The notes under the pieces are model-generated. The model searched no databases, had not been told where the DNA came from, and worked only from the letters and a program-made list of their open reading frames with translations. From the NCBI GenBank assembly GCA_964035545.1, contig OZ037769.1, positions 2,728,001-2,792,000 of the forward strand: a stretch of 64,000 nucleotides of DNA. The letters are read 5' to 3'. Within the stretch, counting starts at the first letter, position 1, and each line of letters begins with the position of its first letter. Source of the stretch: Bugula neritina. Its lineage: Eukaryota > Animalia > Bryozoa. Shown here one piece after another: positions 54,101 through 64,000 of this stretch. The translations under genes and the position numbers were made by a program.

Positions 54101-56621
54101 AAAACTAAATTGAATTTCTACTTCCTTAGAGTCTATTAATAGCTAATCATATATACTAATCATACTTGCTAACTTCATTCTTTCTGTTGATATTCATGTG
54201 CATAACATATCTTATATATAATCTATTATATATAATGTATGTAGAGCATGGCAGATTTTGGGGTAAGCAACTTCTTATTAGAGTTTTGTAAGCTTGAAAT
54301 AAGATCACCGCCTCTCTTTATTTCACACAGTGTTGTATCTAACTAGACGTGTTGTATATAACTAGCCTGTATCTAACTAGACTGTATATAACTAGACGTG
54401 TTGTATATAACTAGACGTGTTGTATATAACTAGATGTGTTGTATATAACTAGACTGGCTGTATATAACTAGACTGTATATAACTAGACTGTATATAACTA
54501 GACTGTATATAACTAGACGTGTTGTATCTAACTTGATGTGTTGTTGCTAAGTGCAGCACACACTGCAGCCTCTCAGTAGCACTCAACTTGATAACGTGTG
54601 ATGCTATTCACTGTGTATTTTATGTTGTTTGAAGTCAGTTAACGAGCAATATACTGACTGATTTATAGAGTTGTCTGCACTTACCCTTGCAGTTGATAGT
54701 CATTGCAAATTAATAGAATATTCTATGTTTTTATTAACTTGTGCAAGTTAAGTGATCACCTTTCTATAGATGTGAACGCTACACGGTGTTGAAGCTATTA
54801 ACAAATTGTTATACTAACTTTTTACCTCCTCAGATACAGACTTTTGTTGTGTTGAAGTTGTCTGCTCACTAACAGAATTTATTGTAATTTAGTATTTGGA
54901 AACTTATTGTTTCATTTCAGTGTCACAGGAATAACTGTGAAAAGCCTTTTTATTAATTGATGGTATTTTAAAGTGGCAGCATTAATGTAAATTATTTTCA
55001 ACCTAATGCTGTTCTTTCCCAATAATATTATGCTGTTGTATTATGTTGTATATTTATGTGCTGTTTTCATGTTGCAAGGAAACAATTTTGGGAGTTGCAT
55101 TTTCGTGAGTAGCTCTGTTGTATATTTAACCAAACAATTTTTTTTAACAAATCTGTACTATGTTCAAAGATACACAAGCCTTTGCATGGTACATGTACAT
55201 ACTACCCAAAAATCAAATTACTTTATTATTTTGTTTTTTGTTCTGATAGGAAAGAAATTTTGTATTGCTATGAATTTGTTTCAGTCATTGTACATTCAGG
55301 TCTTCCTTATTTAAACATGTCCGTATTTCAGTCGATGACGGACTTGACCAACCAGAAGTCTAAACTGCACACTCACGAGGAGGTGGATGAGAACACTGAA
55401 GATATCCTATACAGCTCAGAGGGTGCGGGTGGGGTGAGCAACGGCCCATCTTCATCTATGGCCGGCAATGGAGCTCTGCAAGTGAACAATGAGACGCAGA
55501 ATCTGTATACATTCTCTCCGTCAGATCTCAAGTCAGGAATGGACAAGATGAAAGGCCTTCTGCATCTTAAACCGTGAGTCTGTGTTGTAACCAAAGAGAC
55601 TTATTCTTGAAAGAGTTTTAACTTTACTGCTTACAAAATGTCAATAAAACTCATGCGAGTTTATAGTCACTGTCCCTGTGAAACACCCCTGATGGAAAGG
55701 GTTTTTTTAAAGCGGGCTAAGGACTTATTCAGATGGGGCACAGAAGCAATTATGACTGGATGCTCTTCCTAACATCACCAATGGCCTTTACTGGCGATCA
55801 AACCCAATACCTCGTGTTTACTAAACCAGTGCTTTAACCCCTAGACCACAGCTTCTTTCTTTTTGAAAATGTCAGTTTTGATTTTAACATGTTGCAGAGA
55901 GAAAAGGAATGTAAGGCGTATGCATACAGCTGTGCGTATAAATGAGGTGATAGTGGAGAGATCTCACGATGCCAAGCTCATACTTATCAACTTGCCGGGG
56001 CCACCTAAGAAGGAAGCTGGCTACGAGAATTGTATCCTTTCTTGTGCCAAATTACGTATATTTCCTTTTTACTATACATGTATATTTCCTATAATATCTC
56101 ATTTCTTTATATTCATCACTTGTATGGTGTTAGTTGAAAATGATGCTTTATTAGACCTGAAAGCTTACTGCATGTAAATTTATTTCACGGTTTTGCACAA
56201 GGACTTCAGTTTTATACATCAGTATGTTTATATTATGTATATGCGTTTCCATGTTATGTATACATATTTTTATGTTAAGTGAATTAGTGGAGAAAGAGAA
56301 GCTTTTGAAAAATTTCTGTATTTAATTATCCTACATGTATTGGGAGGTGTCTATACACCACTATTCTATTTCAACCATGCTGATTGTTGTGTGAATCAAC
56401 TTATGCACTAGACAGAAAGTCTTAATAATAATTCTGAATCATGTGCATCTGCTTGTTCAAAGCTCATAGATATCTGTGACTAGCTCGCATGTCTTGGACT
56501 GTTGTGATCTCTTAACTGAAGTTGATTAGATATGGAGTATTTGGAGGTGTTGACGGAAGGCTTGGACAGAACGGTGTTGGTCAGGGGCAGCGGTCGCGAG
56601 GTCATCACCATCTTCTCTTAG
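33738..56621 (+). CDS. K-Cl cotransporter (KCC, SLC12A4/5/6/7 family)
   Basis: [104 protein letters not shown]-terminal [11 protein letters not shown]. Exons: 33738-33930 (or 38660-38759), 40277-40356, 42181-42294, 43413-43559, 43810-43995, 45111-45343, 45502-45728, 46139-46282, 47090-47246, 47494-47612, 47897-48071, 48707-48805, 49413-49532, 50170-50274, 50381-50549, 50853-50941, 51631-51854, 52147-52328, 52884-52991, 53169-53261, 55332-55573, 55898-56031, 56530-56621. Confidence 0.93.
36203..36335. repeat. Minisatellite of about 24 bp (acacccctagcaatg core), about 6 copies, in KCC intron 1
   Basis: Directly visible tandem units. Confidence 0.85.
38660..38759 (+). CDS. Candidate alternative first coding exon (1b) of the KCC gene
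   Basis: ATG in good context (caacATGG), open frame [33 protein letters not shown], donor CTG|gtaact. Its 100 nt give phase 1, the same as exon 1a (193 nt), so both join the 40277 exon in frame. Confidence 0.55.
40357..40482. repeat. Repeat of about 22 bp starting at the KCC donor 40356
   Basis: acacattctgtattagttat-type units begin within the donor gtacac. Confidence 0.8.
41790..42127. repeat. AT-rich repeat of about 12 bp (ataatataaatac) with a 130-bp internal duplication, ending about 50 nt before a KCC acceptor
   Basis: acataatatacatatgtaat occurs at both 41821 and 41951. Confidence 0.85.
42287..42472 (+). repeat. 22-bp tandem array of the KCC exon/donor junction, about 9 copies
   Basis: Unit taccccag|gtaactgttaggac; CAG|GT at 42294, 42316, 42338, 42360, 42382, 42404, 42426, 42448, 42469. 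Confidence 0.95.
46503..47100 (+). repeat. 26-bp tandem array of the KCC acceptor/exon junction, 23 copies
   Basis: Unit gtattatacttacag|gtataatggct; first AG ends at 46517 and the true one at 47089 (572 = 22 x 26). Confidence 0.97.
47255..47508 (+). repeat. Tandem array of about 38 bp of a KCC acceptor/exon junction, 6 copies
   Basis: Unit tatatactgtatatactgtacag|gtatggagagagtat; AGs end at 47296, 47343, 47381, 47419, 47455 and 47493. Confidence 0.92.
47745..47885. repeat. atatagtctgagta(cacagt) repeat ending about 10 nt before KCC acceptor 47896
   Basis: Directly visible 14-20-bp units. Confidence 0.85.
48148..48180. repeat. (TGAT)n microsatellite
   Basis: About 8 perfect units. Confidence 0.9.
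48550..48655. repeat. 21-bp minisatellite, about 5 copies, upstream of KCC acceptor 48706
   Basis: Unit gatattgatagcatatttaca. Confidence 0.9.
49885..50088. repeat. 19-bp minisatellite, about 10 copies, upstream of KCC acceptor 50169
   Basis: Unit cattactctaatgtattca. Confidence 0.88.
50960..51164. repeat. 21-bp minisatellite, 10 copies, starting 18 nt after KCC donor 50941
   Basis: Unit cctagcagatatcctcattct. Confidence 0.93.
51855..52146 (+). other. U12-type (minor spliceosome) GT-AG intron in KCC
   Basis: 5' site GTATCCTTT; branch-like TTTTCCTGAAC shortly before the AG; no polypyrimidine tract; removal restores WWIV-H-DGG. Confidence 0.88.
54328..54540. repeat. gtatataactagac-based minisatellite in a KCC intron
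   Basis: 15-20-bp variant units. Confidence 0.88.
55770..55853 (-). mobile_element. tRNA-derived SINE head remnant; related copies at about 52647-52718 and 59266-59334
   Basis: Minus strand reads gctgtggtctaggggttaaagc (A-box-like)...gggtttgatcgcc (B-box-like); it shares acatcaccaa and tcaaaccc with the 52650 copy. I see no intact cloverleaf. Confidence 0.45.
56032..56529 (+). other. U12-type (minor spliceosome) GT-AG intron in KCC
   Basis: 5' site GTATCCTTT; branch-like TCTCTTAAC about 12 nt before the 3' end; removal restores [15 protein letters not shown]. Confidence 0.88.
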
Positions 56622-57751
56622 CACGGTCACATGACCATCACATGCTTCAAACTCAGCAGTGATGCAACACAAGCTAGGATCTATAAGCGCTAGGAAATTA
56701 TCACACGAGAGTTGAAGGCTTAACCTTCAGCCAAACACCTTGAAACTCTATCGTATCACATGTTTGAACTTCCGGTCAGCCGATACCCAAAGAGATCTCC
56801 TATTTATAGTGAAATTTGTCATATTTTATCCCCCAATTGTTTTGTCGATGCCACTTTGCTACTTAACTTTTTTTGGTTTTGTTCTACTTATCTGGAAACG
56901 AAATATTTTCTGAAAATTTATTGCATCTTCTACCCTCTTGTCTACCCCCTTCAACCATAGCTTCATTTACTGCATTTTAGCATGATATCTAGCAGTCGTT
57001 GATGGTAGAGTTAGGGGGGTAGATGTTTATTTTGCTAATCACCCACAGCTCCATCCCTGTGCTCATCTCTCATGTTAACATTGTTTATGTTTTAGACGTA
57101 ATTATTTAAATTTTATTTATACACCGTTAAAAATGATGCCCCTGTTACTTACACCAATGCTATATTTATTTTGTCTAATGAAATAAATATGCAACATATA
57201 TTTTGTTGACTTTGCCATATAGTTTGTAGCGAATGTGTTGATAGATTTTATTAACTGTTTCCTGTGTTATTTATTTATAACATATATACTCTTGGGTTGA
57301 ATACAAGTTGATTAAAATCTCATGCTATAAACTGCGTCATACTGAACAGGATTGTAGAGTCCCTACTCATCGCGTTGAATGTTCACCCAAAGAGCAAAAT
57401 ATGAATCACAATCTATGTTTTTAGAACAAACCAAAGTTAGAGTTTTACTGCTTTTACCGATATAAGATGGTTGACAGTATATTTTATTTATATCAGTTCC
57501 ATAGTAGTCATTAAATAAATTATACTGTATGGACGTAAATAGTTGAGTTTAAACACTGGAAAAAGTATAAACAATTTGAATTTGTATACTTCTTGCAAAG
57601 TGTGTTTTCACAGAGTTCTACAGCAGTCCATGCTAATATCCTGTATGCTCAGTAAGATAAGAGCAAGTATAAGACGACAGAGTGAGGACATGTGGAGTTA
57701 GCTCCTCGGGTTGCATTATGGGGCTGTGCACACACAGGGGGCCACAACTCC

Positions 57752-60451
57752 TCATTCAGTCCCGTAATGTCGGTATTCTGGTTTCAACTCGTACATATTT
57801 TTATGAGGCGCTTTTTTATTGTACACACAAATGCTATGGAGTACCTCTTTCAAATGAGCCTGTAAAAATATACCAGCATGTAAATACATTTCTAGCCTAT
57901 AAATGCAAAATAGTTGATATAAACTAATAAGACTATTTTACAGTGGTATAGTAAAGTGCAACTTCAGTTACTTCATAAATTGTACCCAAGTTAAATCCAT
58001 AATAAAATGCTGCCAAATCAGAAGACAGAATTTTAATATAAAAATAAACACAAAACTGAGAAATAAAATTGTCAGCCAATAGCTGCACAGTAAACCGTGT
58101 CGCACTCACCACTGGCTGTTTAGTTAGATTATGTAGGTCACGCAGAGTGTAGTATTGATGTCTCTCGAATGCTTTGAACAGAACTTCCTTCACCTTCTCG
58201 GCATCGTCTCGAGAACGTTTACCATCTGCCTTCTTCTTGGCTTCATGCTCAGCCTAACGAGTAGTGAATTTACATTACACCAAAATATCCTGTACAATCT
58301 GATACACTCAACTCAGTAACAGTTACCATACGCTTGCTCAAGACATTCAATTTTGTAGGAAAGATAACGATATATAGTAGACTTACTAAATGTGCATGAT
58401 TCGACACTGGTTTGTACGTGTTAACTGGTTTGTCGATCTGCATTACATATCTCTTTGGTTTATTACTTTCTTCAACTTGGTGTTTCTTGTACTTCATGTA
58501 ATTCTGATCTCCGTGCGGTCGGCACTCCATGCGCTGTATTACTTTACCTTCTAATGCTAGCCCACCATTGTCTGCATAAAATGTGGTGGTGAGTCAATGT
58601 GGTGCATGACTCAGATCATATAGCATATATACAGCATCTAGAGAACACATTCTAAACACAAACACCAGCAGCTTGACAGCAGACTGTAGAGCATTGCTGA
58701 GCCATATTTACTGTTATTTAGTTTATTTATGTAATTTATTTATTTCATAAATCAAAATGTCTCAAGTAGAGGAAATTTTTAATATTTTACAGCAAATTTT
58801 CTCCGTGGACCTCACCTAGTCTCATCAGTAAGTTGAATAAGACTTTAGAAAAAAAACACACTACTGCATGATGTACTCTTAGTACGTATGCTATATAATT
58901 ATGCGAAACTTTGTGAGCTGAAAACACACTGACTGAACAAAAGACACACAAGGTTCTTATTCTAACATCACTTCAAGTCAAATATGAAGCCTTCATTTTC
59001 ATTCTTACTTTTTCTAAACGGCAGCAACTATTTGCAGCTGAGATGAACCATGTACATGGGAAATCAAACAAACATGTGTTTATTATTCACCTTAGTGTAA
59101 ACACGGTGAGAGTGATTCAGAAAATGTTACATACAAATTTATGCTTTGTTTTGAAGCAGCCATCTTGTGAGAACCTTTGAATACCAGAATTTTCAAATAG
59201 ATCAAGGATTGTGCACGACAACATCGTTTGAGGGTTTTTACTGCAGCAAAGGAGCAAATGCTCTTTTTGCCAGTGACTCGAACCCATGACCTGTGTGCTA
59301 CACTGAGCCTGCGTTCTAACCACTTTGCAACAGCTGCTTCAGAAAACTTTACTAATGTTTATTATTTTACAAAGCTTTAGATATCTACAGTTCATAAAGT
59401 CAGTCACAATGTAGACAAACCTGTTTCAGTTAACACTGTAAGATTTTGAGAAAACCCAGCTGACATAATAAATCTATGTGTGGTAGGAGTCGTCTCATCT
59501 CCTGAGCTCTTGAGATTCTCATTTAAACAGAAGAGAACTTCTGGTTTGCCAGCACTAATAATGGGACATTAAAATATATGTGAGCTGTATAAACTTTATA
59601 GGTTCATAACTTACAACAGTCAATAATATAATTAGAGAGATCAAAAAATTTGATTCCGATAGCTTGTGCAAGCAGGTATGCATGCTCACAAAATATTTAA
59701 CAAATGTTTACAATATAATTTTAAATGCCCAAAGACAAAATAGTTCTGCAGATTTCTTTTTCATTGAGAGCAAACTTTTAAAGCCTAAAAAGTAACTGTC
59801 CAGGATCTTCCCAACAAGTCGAAATGTAATTAAATACATTCCACACTGAACTACCTTCCCATTGTGGTTTTTATTTTCCCAATTTCTCCATTTGCAGATT
59901 TCATCTTTTCAGCCAAATACTTTGGAACCTTAAAAATACCAGTAGCTAATAAGAATAAGTCTAGTATAAATAACACTAGCAAAATTATAGTAACACTAAT
60001 AGGCATACTTAATCTTACTCTTACAGTCCGAGTCTTAATTAAAGTTGAAATCGAATTATTAATTATACTTACATTCGTACCGGCACTGACAGAGTGAGGC
60101 TCACAGTCATACAAATAGTAATACTTATAACTTATAAGTTATACATAGACTAACACTAACACTAACAGTCTCTCAGACTCATAACCAGACTTATAGTTAT
60201 AATGAATGAGGTACTAAAGAGGCTATTCAATTTCATACTCGTACTATTAGTCTTACTTTTAGCTTTAATCACAGTATATAATTTACACAATTATAATTAA
60301 TATGATAATATTAATATCTTTTATATTTAGCTTTAACGTTTCTTTCGTCTTTGACACTCACCTTAACCAGCCAAACACCTCTGCTTGCCAGTTGAGATTC
60401 TACTACTTTAGGAATATGCGGATCAACAATACCATCTTTACTATCAGCCAT
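57752..60451 (-). CDS. GTF2F2: General transcription factor IIF subunit 2 (RAP30); exons 60362-60451, 59855-59928, 59421-59554, 58387-58571, 58110-58253, 57752-57859
   Basis: GVWLVK-VPKYLAEK, LEGKVIQRMECRP, LFKAFERHQYYTLRDL...TKQPV-AHLKEVL...KAPHKNMYELKPEYRHY are diagnostic RAP30 motifs. Confidence 0.93.
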
Positions 60452-62725
60452 ATTTTCATACACAATACAAATGTTCAATTACAATAATAATAATAAACTG
60501 CGTGGGTTCAACTTTATCATACAATACCTCCACTTCGTGCCAGAGCAGCTAAACAAATGGAAAACCCAACTGATTGACTCAATTGAGAAACCGGATGTAC
60601 ACAATAGCACGCGAACTTAGACAGAGATTTCACTTCACTAAGATGTGTGGTTGCAAAGTACAAGAGATTTCACAATACAAATGTAGCAGCGCAACTATGA
60701 GATTGCGACGAGTCAATTTTAATCGTTTGCTCGAAGTAAAAAGTTTGCATTCTGTGGTTAAAATTCAATATGAAATTGAATTTAAATATGAACATCATTT
60801 GCATTATGATTATGCTTATTCTTTAAATTTATGATTATTGATTAATATTATCATTAATAATAATATTATGATATGAGATTGAGATTAATCTTCATCTTGA
60901 ATGTAAGTTCATGTCAAATCTCGCACGTTCTGATTCTTATGAGTTATGAATATGTTATTTAATAATTTATTTTTAAGTTTAACAATTAATGAATTTTTAT
61001 ATATCACATCACTCAAAGTCAATCAGTGAAATTCACTTTTAACTGTAAGTATTAAACTCTGATCTAAACTCAAAGGATGATGATGCCGTGTTGGTTAAAT
61101 TTCAATTTGAAATAACTTGAACTAACATATAAGTAATATATATAACTCATTAACTGGTGTAAAAAATTTGCTAGTCATAATTACGTTTCATGAATTAAAA
61201 TTAACGCCAAAGGTTATTAGTAATGACAGACAATTATGGATATTTGATGATTTTCATAACAACCACCTTCTAATAACTTATTAAATATGAGTCATGATTA
61301 TAAGCTGTAATACGAATACTATTAGTATTACTAATGATTCTAGTAATGCTAGAAGTGTAACTGAGAGTGCAATACTAATACTAATAGTCATACTTCACTA
61401 ATACTAATAGTAAACTACTAATATGTAAATGTATTTTTTGATAACATAAATTAAATTTAGTAGTGGCAAATCAAATCAATAACCATAGTATACCTTTAAA
61501 TCATAATCCTAATGTGTAGAAGTGAGCTTTCTATTTTGTTGCTCAATTTACCATCTGCTAGATTTGACCTTGTTGGCTAAATGATTTTTTTCCTTTTCGT
61601 AACTGCTGGTTATTTTTACTTATATATTTTTAGTAATTATTTGTTAGAAACAAGTTGAACTTTTGAAAGTGTATAGACAATAGCAATAGTAATTAATAAA
61701 TATCTAATTTATATGGTTATTTTTACGCTGCTCTGTAAGTTTTAAGTCCTTGTTAAATGTTGTAACGATTCTATTGCTATATCTTAACTCACCTTCTTTA
61801 TGTCTTTACTTACTTTATGTACGAGTATTACACATACTGAATAATTTGCTTTACCTAAGTGATTGCTGATAACTGCAGTACAGGTTAAAAGGTTAAAGGT
61901 TAAAAGTTAAGGCAAACTAAGTAAACCAGTTTGTTTCAAATTGAACATTGCAGTGCTGGCTATTTTGCTGCTGATGCCCACATGGGGATAGAAATTTTGC
62001 AACATTTGCTCTGGAAACTTGATTTTAAGGCATTTGCTATGTACTTTTTGCTTGATGACTACCAACATTATTAATCACCGGGAAGATTATTTTGCTTATA
62101 TTTCAGCATAACAGACCAGTTAAAAATTCTCTACTTGCAATAATTGTAATAATTTCTGTTCAGCTATACATACCATGCTATGCTTTTACTAAACACACAT
62201 GCAAAGCCAAATTTATAACTTTGGAGTTGCTTTACCAATATAAAATGAGCCAACGGTTGAATGAAAAATTTCAACATAATATTGCTAATGTAGTGCAGTG
62301 ATACCTTTTACACTAACGGCAGTGATTAGTCACAATAAATTTTATTTTTTTTAAAAGAAAATTAAAAGAAGTTAAAGAATAAGAAAAATTGAGGATTTTA
62401 AAAGAGGAAATCAAACATAATAGTTGATAAGTAAAAACTATTTTAGATATTCAACTTGTAAATTATACGGCTTGATTCACATATTTACTAGCACGTATAT
62501 AAAAACAATTAGTTATGGAAAATATTGCTATACAGAGACCAGAAAAACCCACAGTGAACCGATATTTTCATCTCGAGTTTGCTTACCAGAAAAATTTTGT
62601 TTTTTAAACTTTTCTCTTTGCAAGCTTTTCTAGATCAACTAATGCCTGTAGGATAAATTACCTTTGTTTGTCATCTTTTAATTATGATATCTGTTTTAGA
62701 CTTTCCAAGCAAGCATGATTAAAGG

Positions 62726-62887
62726 ATGACAAAATGGACAATAACAGTTTTAAGTTTCTTATATTTCCTCCAAGGCATGCCTTATGGCATTCAGATCAAA
62801 TTCCTTCCCATAATTCTCAGGAAACATGGAGTTTCGCTGAGCAACATTTCTCTGTTTAAACTTCTCTTCCTTCCCTGGGTGTTTAAA
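62726..62887 (+). CDS. MFSD3: First coding exon of an MFSD3-like major facilitator superfamily transporter; the rest lies beyond what I can recognise in the window
   Basis: LYFLQGMPYGIQ...LPIILR...GVSLSNISLFKLLFLPWVFK is the MFSD3/AmpG/SLC33 N-terminal motif; donor AAA|gtaagt at 62887 and acceptor at 62699. Confidence 0.78.
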
Positions 62888-64000
62888 GTAAGTCTTGCTT
62901 TGTCTATTCTACTCAGTATACTCAATAGTAGTTGTGTAGTAGCGTGTATGCATATATTCAACTTGGAGTTATCATCCCCTGAAGCATGTGTTTCCCACTA
63001 TAATTACTACCCTATAATGTATTATGTAAGTAAGTCATATGATCAATGTAATCAAACACTGTGACATATATTTAAACTTCTTAACACAATACAATTAGAA
63101 ATATGAGAATGGACCCATTTGGTTGTAATAGTTTATAGCTGAGCTAGACATAAAGTATCAATGACATTACGTAGTGAGGATAGAAATATTGAATTAGTGT
63201 ACTTAGGTTTCATTCTAGAGATATATTTGATACAGGGTACGAGATCAGAACACAATTACACTAGCAGATCATTTTATCTAATATGATTGTAATGCAATCA
63301 AGTATAGACAACAATTTACTTTTTACTTTGCGTCATAGTTTGTAAAAATATACATCAAACTTTAGGATATTTCCAATTTGCTTTTGTAATTCAAGTTTGA
63401 CATTAGTATAGCTAGCCCCCCCCCTAATCAATGCAAAGATTCAAGGCTACATCTACAATTAGTTAAGTTAATGAAAGATAACTCCTTACCATGCAAGCTT
63501 AAGGCTAGTTTGTTTATTAAATCACTATGTTTTTATTAAATGCTGTTAAGAACAATTAGAATGCACTATAAGTTATAATAAATAACTTTGTTACGATTTA
63601 TAGCATTTTCTGGTAAGACTGGGGTTGTTGAACTGCATGCAATGCTTTAGCTTGGCACTATACATACACATACACATTTGTGTTGATGTGTTAGGCCATA
63701 GTTTATTAGGGAATCCTAGTTTTAATGCTATCAATAGATTGAAAGTTACCTTCCCTTTTAGTTATAGTGAATGGAATAAAATTCTATTGCTAAATACGTT
63801 ATTCTTAACAGATATCTTCAGTTTTTCAATTCCCTGCATAAGCCTTCTTTTAGAGGTTGTTAGGCTATAACTTATGTTCGCTTTGCTTCAAATGTTATTA
63901 CAACAAGCCGAAGTATATGTCGTATATCTACATGAAATATGTCATAAAAATGTTTGACACTCTCCCTAGTCATTTCTATTTAACTGGCCAGCACGCATTC

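Noticed and set aside
52647-59334. tRNA genes at about 52650, 55800 and 59300
   Set aside because: Only degenerate A/B boxes and no complete cloverleaf; treated as SINE remnants.

Overview
AT-rich, intron-rich animal (probably invertebrate) genomic DNA with seven spliced protein-coding genes, whose exons I reconstructed by hand from GT-AG sites and reading-frame phase: SOCS6-like (+), RBM19 (-), DIPK1/FAM69-like (+), NAA10 (-), a KCC-type K-Cl cotransporter (SLC12A4-7 family, +), GTF2F2 (-) and the first coding exon of an MFSD3-like gene (+). Six of them form three head-to-head pairs. The KCC gene has two U12 minor-spliceosome introns, two candidate alternative first exons (only one with an RFxV SPAK/OSR1 docking motif) and Ala at the position of the inhibitory phospho-Thr (KCC2 T906). 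The most unusual signal is that many introns carry their own private tandem repeat that abuts or contains a splice site. In several cases the repeat unit is the exon-intron junction itself, giving up to 23 near-identical acceptors or 9 donors in a row. Also present: a LINE reverse-transcriptase fragment bracketed by 27-bp inverted repeats, a Tc1/mariner-like MITE, a 26-bp hairpin insertion with an 8-bp target duplication, and tRNA-derived SINE remnants. No database searches were run; exon coordinates are hand-counted and may be off by a base or two.
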